Below are positions 25,526 to 34,221 of a DNA stretch of 43,005 nt, in pieces. The stretch spans positions 1-43,005 of the forward strand of contig JAZLHZ010000066.1 in assembly GCA_045617085.1 (NCBI GenBank). The letters are read 5' to 3'. The notes under the pieces were generated by a model. It was not told the origin of the DNA. It worked only from the letters and a program-made list of their open reading frames with translations, and did no database searches. This DNA comes from Clostridia bacterium (lineage in GTDB: Bacteria > Bacillota > Clostridia > Christensenellales > Aristaeellaceae). Each line of letters begins with the position of its first letter. Position 1 is the first letter of the stretch. A program made the position numbers and the translations under genes.

Positions 25526-26028
25526 GCCAGACGATGTACGACTACTTTGCCCAGCTGCTGGGATACGTGTTCTCGGTGCTGGCACTGCTGATCGTCGGCA
25601 ATGCGCTGTTTATCACGCTGCGGGACAACCGGCGTGCCAGAAAACTGCGGGAGCAGGGTATGGAATACATCGGCAGACTGGTGACCGCAGACGGAACGCA
25701 GGCGTACGAGCTGACGAGGAGCAATCTGCTGGGCTCGTCCCGCAAGGCGGATGTCCGCATCCGGCATTGCAGGGACATCCGGCGGCGGCATCTGCTGCTG
25801 GATTACAGGGAGGACCTCGACGCATTCGTACTGAAGGGCATCGGCAATGCCTCGTTTGATGCGCCGAGCGCCGACGGCATCGGCGCCTTCCTCGACGGCA
25901 ATCTGAACAACACGTTCTCGATCGGCGGCATGACGCTGCGGCTGGAGCTGTACGGCAGCGGGCGGGAGCATTATGAGGTGCTCCATTCCGATCCGGAGGA
26001 CGACGAATACGATTCACTTTTTAATTAA
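25522..26028 (+). CDS. membrane-anchored FHA-like protein (FhaB/FipA-like architecture, divergent pocket residues)
   Basis: 168 aa. N-terminal TM LLGYVFSVLALLIVGNALFI. FHA-like core LLGSSRKADVRIRHCRDIRRRHLLL..GIGNASF..FSIGGMTLRLEL. ATGA overlap with the preceding ATPase gene. Sits upstream of FtsW/PBP, as in known FHA-SEDS-bPBP clusters. Confidence 0.6.
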   Translation: MSQTMYDYFAQLLGYVFSVLALLIVGNALFITLRDNRRARKLREQGMEYIGRLVTADGTQAYELTRSNLLGSSRKADVRIRHCRDIRRRHLLLDYREDLDAFVLKGIGNASFDAPSADGIGAFLDGNLNNTFSIGGMTLRLELYGSGREHYEVLHSDPEDDEYDSLFN

Positions 26029-26043
26029 TTCAGGGGGGAAAAA

Positions 26044-27327
26044 ATGAAGGCAGGCGGGAGCAAAAGAAAGGGAACTGGCAGCAGGCTGCAAATGCTGTTC
26101 GTCATTTTGTTTCAGCTGCTCGGCATGGCATTGCTGGTGCTGAAGCGGATACCGGTGCCGACGGGCCTGTGGCTCACGGCAGTGTGTCTGCCCGTGGTGA
26201 CGTATGGGCTGAACCGGCTCCCGAAAAAGCTGCGGCTCGATAAGACGCTCCTTAATATGGTGTTGTTCCTGTGCTCCGTCAGTATCATCCTGCTGTTCGG
26301 TGTGACGAGAAATACTGTTCCACTGGACTATATGCAGGCGATATTTGCCCTAATCGGCATTGTCGCCATGTTCGTTGTGTTCAGCTTCATGAAATATTTC
26401 CGGGAGTGGGGCAAGCTGTCGGTATTGCTGTTTGTCGTGTCCGTACTGGCACTGATCGCCCCCAGATTTACCGGATCGGTCAACGGCGCCTACAACTGGA
26501 TCAAGCTTCGTATCGGCGGAAGTGTCTTGACGCTGCAGCCCTCGGAGTTTGTCAAGCAGGCGCTGATCCTAATTTTGGCATACTGCTTCTCCGGGGAGAA
26601 GTGGAGCCTCCGGATCCTCGGTATTGCCGCAGCTGTTATTTTCTGCGGCATACTTGCCATTCAGGGAGATTTCGGCGCACTGCTTCTGTACTTCGTGGTC
26701 ACGCTTGCCATGTACTATGCCTCCACCGGTAATCTGCTGGTTACCGGGGCAGGCATCGGCTGCGGACTGGCGGCAGCCGTGGGCGCATACTTCCTCAGCG
26801 AAAATGTCAGGAACCGGGTGATGATATGGCTCGACCCGTGGAGCCACTATAACGACAAGGGCTATCAGTTGGTGCAGTCGTTGATCGCCATCGCCAGCGG
26901 CGGCCTGTTCGGCATGGGTCTGGGCAGCGGCAGTCCCCGTGTGGTGCCGCTGTATGATACGGACTTCGTGTTTTCTTCGATCTGTGAGCAGCTGGGTCTG
27001 GTGTTTGCGCTGGCGGTCATGGCGGTATACTTCGTCATCGTGATGCGGGGCATGTCCATCTCCGTCAACAGCCGCACTCCGTTCTATTGCCTGGCGGCGC
27101 TGGGCGAATCGGTGCTGATCGGCGCACAGGCGATGCTCATCATCGGCGGCAACGTGCAGCTGCTCCCGCTGACCGGCGTGACGCTGCCCTTTGTGGCCAG
27201 CGGCGGCTCGTCTCTGGTGGCATCCTTCTGCGGCATTGGCATATTGGAGGCAGCGGCATCAATCAACCGGTGTGATGATATGGCAGACAAAAAGCGCCAG
27301 AAGGAGAGAAAGGGCGGTGCGATATGA
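26044..27327 (+). CDS. FtsW/RodA/SpoVE-family (SEDS) peptidoglycan glycosyltransferase
   Basis: 427 aa and polytopic. Hallmark C-terminal motif LLPLTGVTLPFVASGGSSLV. GGGGGGA RBS. Confidence 0.9.
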   Translation: MKAGGSKRKGTGSRLQMLFVILFQLLGMALLVLKRIPVPTGLWLTAVCLPVVTYGLNRLPKKLRLDKTLLNMVLFLCSVSIILLFGVTRNTVPLDYMQAIFALIGIVAMFVVFSFMKYFREWGKLSVLLFVVSVLALIAPRFTGSVNGAYNWIKLRIGGSVLTLQPSEFVKQALILILAYCFSGEKWSLRILGIAAAVIFCGILAIQGDFGALLLYFVVTLAMYYASTGNLLVTGAGIGCGLAAAVGAYFLSENVRNRVMIWLDPWSHYNDKGYQLVQSLIAIASGGLFGMGLGSGSPRVVPLYDTDFVFSSICEQLGLVFALAVMAVYFVIVMRGMSISVNSRTPFYCLAALGESVLIGAQAMLIIGGNVQLLPLTGVTLPFVASGGSSLVASFCGIGILEAAASINRCDDMADKKRQKERKGGAI

Positions 27328-28721
27328 AAGAATTCAGAAGACATGTCGTCGTCATCCGTCTTATCCTGCTGCTGGTGTTCATCGGCATGGGCATCCGCCT
27401 GTTCGATACCGTCTATTCTCAGGGCTCCCGATGGCTCGCCAGCAAGCACAATACCCGCCTCTCCGTTGCCAAGGAGCAGGTGGTCATGGGCAGCATCACC
27501 GACTGCAACGGCGTGACACTGGCGTATGACGATGCGCTGGGCATCCGCTGCTACAGCGAGAACAACGCCATCCGCTACGCCACGGCGCAGACCGTCGGCG
27601 ATGTCAGCAGCTTCTCCGGCACCGGCGTACAGACCTTCCATGCGGGCACGCTGCTGGGCTTTTCCGGCTCCATCATCGACCGCACGTGGGAGCTGTATAA
27701 GGGCAAATCGAAGCAGGGCGACAATATCCAGCTCACGGTCAATGCAGACCTCTGTGCGGATATCGCAGGAGCATTCCCCTACGGCGTGAAGGGTGCCGTG
27801 ACGCTGATCAATTACAAGACCGGCGAGATCCTGGCCATGGTGTCTATGCCGACCTATGACCCGGCAAACCTCAGTCTGCCGGTGGAGGATACGGCGTATA
27901 TGAACAAGTGCCTTCAGGGCCTGTATACGCCCGGCTCGGTATTCAAGCTGGTGACGCTGACCTCGGCACTGGAAAACCTTACCGGTGTGCTGAGCGAGGT
28001 TTATACCTGCGAGGGTACCAAGCAGTTCGGCAGCGGCAACGTCACCTGCATGAGCGGCAACGAACATCACGGCACACTGACGCTGCGGGAGGCGCTGACG
28101 AGGAGCTGCAACATCAGCTTTGCCCAGATCGGATATGAGCTGGGCAGCGAGAACCTCGTCAAGACCGCCAAGACGCTGGGCTTCAATGACAACTTCATAT
28201 TTGCGGATATCAAACTGTACAATTCGGAAATACAGACGGATATCAATAATGTCTACGATCTGGCATGGACGGCAGTGGGACAGGGCAAAACGCTCGTGAC
28301 CCCCATGCACATGGCGCTGATCGTCTCTGCCATCGCCAATGACGGCGTGATGCCCTCGCCCAAGCTCATCAAACAGGTGACGGGCTCCACCGGCATCCAG
28401 CGCCCGCACAAGAGCGACGGCGCATACGGCACGGTCATGTCCTCCGGTACGGCTTCCATCATAAAGGAGTACATGCGGGACGTGGTCGAGTACGGCACCG
28501 GCACCCGGGCACAGGTGAACGGCTACCGGGTCTGCGGCAAGACCGGTTCGGCAGAGGTCAGCGACGACAAAAACGTGAATACCAACGCCTGGTTCGTGGG
28601 CTTTATCGACGATGAGCGCATGCCCTACGCAGTGTCCGTTGTACTGGAAGGCGCAGGCTCCGGCGGCTACCACGCCGCAGAACTGGCGTCAAATGCGCTG
28701 TACTACGCAACAACATACTAA
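27324..28721 (+). CDS. class B penicillin-binding protein (PBP2/PbpA-like transpeptidase)
   Basis: 465 aa. N-terminal TM. SxxK (PGSVFKL), SxN (RSCNISF), KTG (GKTGSAE). ATGA overlap with the SEDS gene. Confidence 0.9.
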   Translation: MKEFRRHVVVIRLILLLVFIGMGIRLFDTVYSQGSRWLASKHNTRLSVAKEQVVMGSITDCNGVTLAYDDALGIRCYSENNAIRYATAQTVGDVSSFSGTGVQTFHAGTLLGFSGSIIDRTWELYKGKSKQGDNIQLTVNADLCADIAGAFPYGVKGAVTLINYKTGEILAMVSMPTYDPANLSLPVEDTAYMNKCLQGLYTPGSVFKLVTLTSALENLTGVLSEVYTCEGTKQFGSGNVTCMSGNEHHGTLTLREALTRSCNISFAQIGYELGSENLVKTAKTLGFNDNFIFADIKLYNSEIQTDINNVYDLAWTAVGQGKTLVTPMHMALIVSAIANDGVMPSPKLIKQVTGSTGIQRPHKSDGAYGTVMSSGTASIIKEYMRDVVEYGTGTRAQVNGYRVCGKTGSAEVSDDKNVNTNAWFVGFIDDERMPYAVSVVLEGAGSGGYHAAELASNALYYATTY

Positions 28722-28722
28722 A

Positions 28723-28835
28723 CAGTGAGCAGTTGGGCGGCGCAGCCGTCCCAAAGTCCTTCCCCACATCAGTGGGGAAGGTGCCGAGCGATAGCGAGGC
28801 GGATGGGGCGTGATAAGTACTGGTAGAGGTGTTCT
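28723..28835. repeat. modular GC-rich palindromic intergenic repeat, copy R2 (most compact unit)
   Basis: Starts 2 nt after the PBP stop. Hairpins at 28735-28751 and 28758-28781. It shares exact blocks with R3: a 19-mer gtactggtagaggtgttct (28817-28835 = 35667-35685) and a 15-mer cagtgagcagttggg (28723-28737 = reverse complement of 35780-35794). Confidence 0.7.
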
Positions 28836-28892
28836 ACTGAAGTAATGCAGTTGTTTTTTCGACTATATAAATAATTAAGAGGAGATACTACT

Positions 28893-29849
28893 ATGGAACG
28901 CAGCGAAATCAAGGTACTGGCGGAGAAGGTCAAGGTGAATATCCAGAAGGTCATGGTCGGCAAGAGCGACACCATCGAGCTGATGCTCTGTGCAATGATC
29001 GCCAAGGGTCACGTACTGCTGGAGGATGTGCCCGGCACCGGCAAGACCGTCATGGCGAAATCACTGGCGAAGTCGCTGGACTGCGAATTTTCGAGGATCC
29101 AGTTCACGCCCGACCTGCTGCCCTCCGATGTCACCGGTCTTTCGATCTACAATGCCCAGAAGGGCGAGTTCGAGTTCAAGGCGGGTCCCGTGTTTACGAA
29201 CATCCTGCTGGCGGACGAGATCAACCGTGCCACGCCCAGGACCCAGTCCGCACTGCTGGAGTGCATGGAGGAGCGTCAGGTGACCAATGACGGCATCACC
29301 AGAAAGCTGGAGGAGCCGTTCCTCGTCATCGCCACCCAAAATCCGCTGGAGACGCAGGGCACATTCCCGCTGCCCGAAGCTCAGCTGGACCGTTTCCTGA
29401 TGAAGCTGAAGCCCGGCTATCCCACCACCGAAGAGGCCATGGCGATACTTGACCGCTTTATCGAGGACAATCCGCTGGATGAGCTGTCTCCCTGCGCCCT
29501 TGCACAGGACGTCAGAGACGCCCAGAAGCTGTTCTCCGGCGCCTACGTTTCCGAGCCCGTCAGAAGGTACATGGTGCAGCTGGTCGAGAAGACCAGAGAG
29601 ATGCCGCAGGTGCAGACCGGCGTCAGCCCCAGAGGTCTGCTGGCACTGCTGCGGGCCTGTCAGGCGATGGCAGTCATCAAGGGCAGAGACTTCGTCACGC
29701 CCGACGACGTGAAGCTGCTAGCCGTGCCCGTATTGGCACACCGCATCATCGTCTCCGGCGTGTACGGCAGAACGTCCAAGAGCGAGGAGATCGTACAGGA
29801 GGCACTGAAGCAGATATCCGCCCCGGTAGAGTCCTGCGAGAGGACGTGA
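28893..29849 (+). CDS. MoxR-family AAA+ ATPase
   Basis: 318 aa. Walker A VPGTGKTV, Walker B ILLADEINRA, and IQFTPDLLPSDVTG typical of MoxR. AAGAGGAG RBS. Confidence 0.9.
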   Translation: MERSEIKVLAEKVKVNIQKVMVGKSDTIELMLCAMIAKGHVLLEDVPGTGKTVMAKSLAKSLDCEFSRIQFTPDLLPSDVTGLSIYNAQKGEFEFKAGPVFTNILLADEINRATPRTQSALLECMEERQVTNDGITRKLEEPFLVIATQNPLETQGTFPLPEAQLDRFLMKLKPGYPTTEEAMAILDRFIEDNPLDELSPCALAQDVRDAQKLFSGAYVSEPVRRYMVQLVEKTREMPQVQTGVSPRGLLALLRACQAMAVIKGRDFVTPDDVKLLAVPVLAHRIIVSGVYGRTSKSEEIVQEALKQISAPVESCERT

Positions 29850-29853
29850 GCGG

Positions 29854-30948
29854 ATGGCAATTTGGATACTCTGCTCGGCAGGACTGATCGTCCTCGTTCA
29901 GCTGATCCTGTTTACCCTGTTTAATTTCAGGGGACTGACTTATACGAGAAGCTTCTCCGAAAGAGCGGTCTCCGAGGGCGAGCACGTGAAGCTGGTGGAG
30001 GTCATCCGCAACCGGAAGCTCCTGCCCGTGCCGTGGGTCCGGGCCGAATCGAGGATATCGAGATTTCTCAAGTTCGGCGCAGGCACCCGGGAGGACAAGG
30101 AGGACGACCGGGAGATCGATGCGGATATGTACCATAAATCCGTGTTCTACCTCGGTCCGTTCAGCCAGATTACCCGCCGCCACGACGTGACCTGCCTCAA
30201 AAGAGGCCACTATGCCGCAGGCAGCGTGGCGCTCACCGCAGGCGACGTGCTGGCGCTGAACGTCAATACCAGACAGTTCCAAAGCGATTGCGAGATCGAT
30301 GTGTATCCGTCCCTGCTCTCCGATGACGAGCTGGATCCCACCTCGACCCGCTGGCAGGGCGAGCTGGCGGTCAAGCGCTGGATCATGCCGGACCCGTTCC
30401 TTGTCTCGGGCATCCGGGACTATCGTGCAGGCGATCCTATGCGGGACATCCACTGGGGCGCCACGGCAAGAACGGGCGAGCTTCAGGTCAAGGTCAGGGA
30501 TTATACCGCCGACCCCAGAATGCTGGTGGTGCTGAACGTGCAGGCCTCCGAAGAGCAGTGGGGCGACCTGATGGACTATGAACAGGCAGGCATCGAATAC
30601 GGCATCCGTGCGGCGGCAACGCTGTGCAAGCGTGCGCTGGATGCAGGCGTCGAGGCGGGCTTTGCCTCCAATGCCTGCTACCTCGGCGAGAAGAACACCG
30701 GAAAGACCGTCTATGTCACGTCCCAGCGTTCCGACGGTCAGATGGAAGTGATACTGACCGCCATGGCGAGGCTGGAGATCCACCGGGAGGTCAACTTCCC
30801 CCTGTTCCTCGAAAGCCTGTGCGTGGGTACCAATGTGGATATTCTCGTCATGTCCCTGTACGACAGCGAGCAGATACAGGCAAGACTGCAGATGCTCCGC
30901 AGCGCAGGCAACAGCGTGACATTTATGAAGCTGAATACGATCAAGTGA
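29854..30948 (+). CDS. DUF58 domain protein (MoxR partner, vWA-like)
   Basis: 364 aa. N-terminal TM. Signature YRAGDPMRDIHWGATARTGELQVKVRDY. Confidence 0.85.
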   Translation: MAIWILCSAGLIVLVQLILFTLFNFRGLTYTRSFSERAVSEGEHVKLVEVIRNRKLLPVPWVRAESRISRFLKFGAGTREDKEDDREIDADMYHKSVFYLGPFSQITRRHDVTCLKRGHYAAGSVALTAGDVLALNVNTRQFQSDCEIDVYPSLLSDDELDPTSTRWQGELAVKRWIMPDPFLVSGIRDYRAGDPMRDIHWGATARTGELQVKVRDYTADPRMLVVLNVQASEEQWGDLMDYEQAGIEYGIRAAATLCKRALDAGVEAGFASNACYLGEKNTGKTVYVTSQRSDGQMEVILTAMARLEIHREVNFPLFLESLCVGTNVDILVMSLYDSEQIQARLQMLRSAGNSVTFMKLNTIK

Positions 30949-30955
30949 GGCGCCA

Positions 30956-32341
30956 ATGAAAAAAGCACTGAAAAAACTGTTAGACGCCGTCTATTTTGCG
31001 CTGTGTTATGCGCCGGTGGCGCTGCTTCTGGGCTATCTCACCGAAGGCGACGGCTTTGAACTGCTGCTGTACAGCCTTGCGACGATCCCGGTGGCCTTCG
31101 TGATCTCGCTGCTGCCCGGCACACTGGGCGGCAAAAAGAAGCAGCAGGACGTGTTTACCGAGCGCCGTGCCTCTGCCGATCCCGACCCGGACAGAAGTCT
31201 GCGCCGGGATACGCACGAGGATGAGGTGCGCCAGATCACATTCCCTCTGCGGGCGGTGATCTGCGGCATCCTGATGCTGGCGATATTCCTGTACATGATC
31301 GTTTATTATACCGCCTATCTTCAGAGCGAATGGCCGCAGCGTATCATTCAGTCGGCGGTGCCTGCCGCCATGCTGCCTCTGGCGCTGCGCTTTTGTGCGC
31401 TGGGACAGAGCAGTGACGGAAAGAACGCCATTGCGGGCATAGTAATCTATCTCGTGGCGGGCATCGTGGGCATCGGTGTTCAGTCCAAGCTGTATACCAC
31501 GGTGATCGCACTGGCTGCCGGCGCCTTTATCATCACGACCCTGTGGATCGTGAACAATCGGGCGATGCGTCAGGCATCGGCATCCCGTCAGGGCGTGAAG
31601 CCGCCGAAGCAGCTGGTCCGGCGCAACCGTGTCATACTGTGCGTGATCGTGGTGCTGACGGTGCTGATCGCCGAGTTCGGCTGGCTGAAGGAAAAGGCGC
31701 AGTGGCTGTTCCAAAACGCCGTATACTGGATCATAAAGATCATCAACTTCATTACCGACCTGTTTATGGGCGGTCAGGAGGCTTCCTCCTCCGGCGGTGG
31801 CGGCGGAATGGATATGATGGATATGTCCGCCCTCGGCCCGGTGAAGACATCGGCATTCTGGGACAAGCTGACGTATGTGGCGTATGTCGTTGCGGCGATC
31901 GGCGCATTGTTGCTGCTGTATTGGTTCCTGAGGAACATCTATCGTCTGTGTAAAACGCTGGGCGCCGCCATCGGCAAATGGCTGAATCGGTTTGCCCATT
32001 CCGTCGGCGAGGACTACAGCGACGAGCAGGAGAGCCTGCTGAGCTGGGGCAATGTCCAGAAGGAAATGTCCGAAAATATCCGGAAACGGGTCAAAACCAT
32101 GTTCGCCCGGGACAAAAAGTGGGAGGACATGGATGCGGATGAGAAGGCACGCTTTATCGTAAGGGTGCTGTACCGGCGGGCAAAGATCAAGGCCGACCCC
32201 AGAACGATCCGTGAGATCATTCCCCAATTCGGAACCGAACACCCCGATGAAATCGTCAGAATGTATGAGACCGCCAGATATTCCGCCGCTTCTCCCGATG
32301 CGGCGCTGATCGAGCGGCTCAGAAAAGAGAACCGGGTCTGA
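30956..32341 (+). CDS. polytopic membrane protein with a DUF4129-like C-terminal domain
   Basis: 461 aa with several TM segments and a Gly/Ser/Met linker. The C-terminal region KARFIVRVLYRRAKI..IVRMYETARYSAASPD resembles DUF4129, the usual third member of MoxR-DUF58 operons. Confidence 0.6.
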   Translation: MKKALKKLLDAVYFALCYAPVALLLGYLTEGDGFELLLYSLATIPVAFVISLLPGTLGGKKKQQDVFTERRASADPDPDRSLRRDTHEDEVRQITFPLRAVICGILMLAIFLYMIVYYTAYLQSEWPQRIIQSAVPAAMLPLALRFCALGQSSDGKNAIAGIVIYLVAGIVGIGVQSKLYTTVIALAAGAFIITTLWIVNNRAMRQASASRQGVKPPKQLVRRNRVILCVIVVLTVLIAEFGWLKEKAQWLFQNAVYWIIKIINFITDLFMGGQEASSSGGGGGMDMMDMSALGPVKTSAFWDKLTYVAYVVAAIGALLLLYWFLRNIYRLCKTLGAAIGKWLNRFAHSVGEDYSDEQESLLSWGNVQKEMSENIRKRVKTMFARDKKWEDMDADEKARFIVRVLYRRAKIKADPRTIREIIPQFGTEHPDEIVRMYETARYSAASPDAALIERLRKENRV

Positions 32342-34206
32342 TGAACGATACACTGAAACTGAAGATCACCAACCTGCCCACGTCGCCGGGCTGCTACCTG
32401 ATGAAGGACGCCGGGGGCAAGATCATCTATGTGGGCAAGGCGAAAAACCTGAAAAACAGGGTGAGTCAGTACTTCCACAACGGCTACCATGCGCCGAAGG
32501 TGCAGGCGATGGTGGATAAGGTCGAGGACTTCGACATCGTGCTGGTGGATAACGAGCTGGAAGCGCTGATCCTGGAGTGCAACCTGATCAAGCGGCATAT
32601 GCCGTGGTACAACATTCTTTTGAAGGACGACAAGCAGTACCCGTATATCCGCATCGACATGAACGAGCCGTTCCCGCTGACGGAGCTGGTGAGAAAGCCG
32701 GAAAAGGACAACGCCCGGTACTTCGGCCCCTTTATGAGCGCCACCACGGTGCGGGAGATGCTGGACGTCATCCGTACCGAATTTCCGATGCGCACCTGCA
32801 CGATGCAGTTGGAAGAGGGCAAGGCGCAGCGTCCCTGCGTGCATTACGAGATCGGCAGATGTATGGGCCCCTGTACCGGCGAGGTAAAGAGCGAGGACTA
32901 CAAGGCCGTCATGCAGGAGGTCATCCGCTTTCTGGAGGGCGACAGCCGGGGCGTGATCCGCACGCTGACCGACAAAATGAAGCAGGCCGCCGCCGAGATG
33001 AACTATGAACGGGCGGCGCTGTACCGGGACCGCATCAACGCCGTCAACACCGTCATGGAGAAGCAGAAGGCGCTGATCGTCGGCGGTGCAGATCAGGATA
33101 TCCTGTGCCTGCTGCCCTGCGGCGACGACATGCTGATCGAAGCGCTGACGGTAAGGGGCGGTAAGCTGATCGGCTCCAGAACACATGTGCTGGAGCGGTG
33201 CAGCGACGAGGCGCAGGAAAAGGTCATGCTGGAATTCATGATCCAGTACTACGGCGAGGGAAATCTCCCGCCGAAGGAGATCATGGTCAGCGTGAAGCCC
33301 GAAGAGGACGAGACACTGACACAGCTGCTGACCGAACAGAAGGGGACAAAGGTAAGCATCCTTCTGCCGCAGCGGGGCGAGAAGCACAAGCTCCTCGAAA
33401 TGGCAATGAAGAACGCCAAGGACGCTTCCGACAAGCGGCTGAAGGCGCTGGAAAACAGAAGACAAAAGACACTGGGCGCATTGGAGGAGCTGCAGCTGGT
33501 GCTGGGCATGGACGTATTGCCCATGCGCATCGAGGGCTACGACATCTCCAACACACAGGGCACCAGCTCGGTGGCGTCCATGGTAGTCATGAAGGGCGGC
33601 AAGCCCTCCAATCGGGACTACCGGTATTTCAAAATTCGTACCGTGGACGGTCCCAACGACTTTGCCTCGATGCACGAGGTCATCACGAGGCGGTTGAGCC
33701 ACGGGCTGCGGGAGATCGAAGAGCGGAAGGCTGCCGGGCAGGATCTGGTCGGCGGACGTTTTTCCGAGCTGCCGGACGTGATACTGATCGACGGCGGCAG
33801 AGGCCAGCTCAAGTATGCGCAGGACGCCATGCATGCGCTGGGACTGACGATCCCGATGTTTGCGCTGGCGGAACGGATCGACGAGATCTATCTGCCGGGC
33901 GAAAACGATTCGATCTATCTGGATCGGCATTCCGAGGCGCTGCACCTCATCCAGCATCTGAGAGACGAGGCGCACCGGTTTGCCATCTCCCATCACCGTT
34001 CTCTTCGGGGCGCAGCGGCGCTCAAATCGAGATTGGACAGCATTGAGGGCATCGGTCCGGTGCGGAAAAAGGCGATACTGAAGCACTTTGAGACGATGGA
34101 AGCGCTGGAAAAGGCGGGTATTCGGGAGCTGTGCGAGGTGGAAGGCATCGCCGAACATACCGCACAGGTCATTTATGATGCCCTGCACGGCGATAAACAG
34201 GAATAA
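32341..34206 (+). CDS. uvrC: excinuclease ABC subunit C
   Basis: 621 aa. GIY-YIG N-terminus GCYLMKDAGGKIIYVGKAKNLKNRVSQYF, central and endonuclease V-like regions, C-terminal HhH (IEGIGPVRKKAILKHF). 1-nt TGATG overlap with the previous gene. Confidence 0.95.
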   Translation: MNDTLKLKITNLPTSPGCYLMKDAGGKIIYVGKAKNLKNRVSQYFHNGYHAPKVQAMVDKVEDFDIVLVDNELEALILECNLIKRHMPWYNILLKDDKQYPYIRIDMNEPFPLTELVRKPEKDNARYFGPFMSATTVREMLDVIRTEFPMRTCTMQLEEGKAQRPCVHYEIGRCMGPCTGEVKSEDYKAVMQEVIRFLEGDSRGVIRTLTDKMKQAAAEMNYERAALYRDRINAVNTVMEKQKALIVGGADQDILCLLPCGDDMLIEALTVRGGKLIGSRTHVLERCSDEAQEKVMLEFMIQYYGEGNLPPKEIMVSVKPEEDETLTQLLTEQKGTKVSILLPQRGEKHKLLEMAMKNAKDASDKRLKALENRRQKTLGALEELQLVLGMDVLPMRIEGYDISNTQGTSSVASMVVMKGGKPSNRDYRYFKIRTVDGPNDFASMHEVITRRLSHGLREIEERKAAGQDLVGGRFSELPDVILIDGGRGQLKYAQDAMHALGLTIPMFALAERIDEIYLPGENDSIYLDRHSEALHLIQHLRDEAHRFAISHHRSLRGAAALKSRLDSIEGIGPVRKKAILKHFETMEALEKAGIRELCEVEGIAEHTAQVIYDALHGDKQE

Positions 34207-34221
34207 ACGGAGGACAAACAG

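Noticed and set aside
28769-29005. Possible repeat-encoded peptide: minus-strand ORFs 28769..29005 and 35445..35693 both contain EHLYQYLS(R/C)PIR
   Set aside because: The shared peptide is just the translation of the conserved repeat block. It sits at the C-terminus of one ORF, which starts antisense inside moxR, and at the N-terminus of the other, which has a TTG start. Neither ORF has an RBS. Conservation follows nucleotide hairpins in both orientations, not a reading frame.
28893-32341. MoxR-DUF58-DUF4129 as a novel conflict system
   Set aside because: This triad is a widespread, already catalogued module, though poorly understood. Nothing in these copies looks atypical apart from the operon partners, which are reported separately at low interest.
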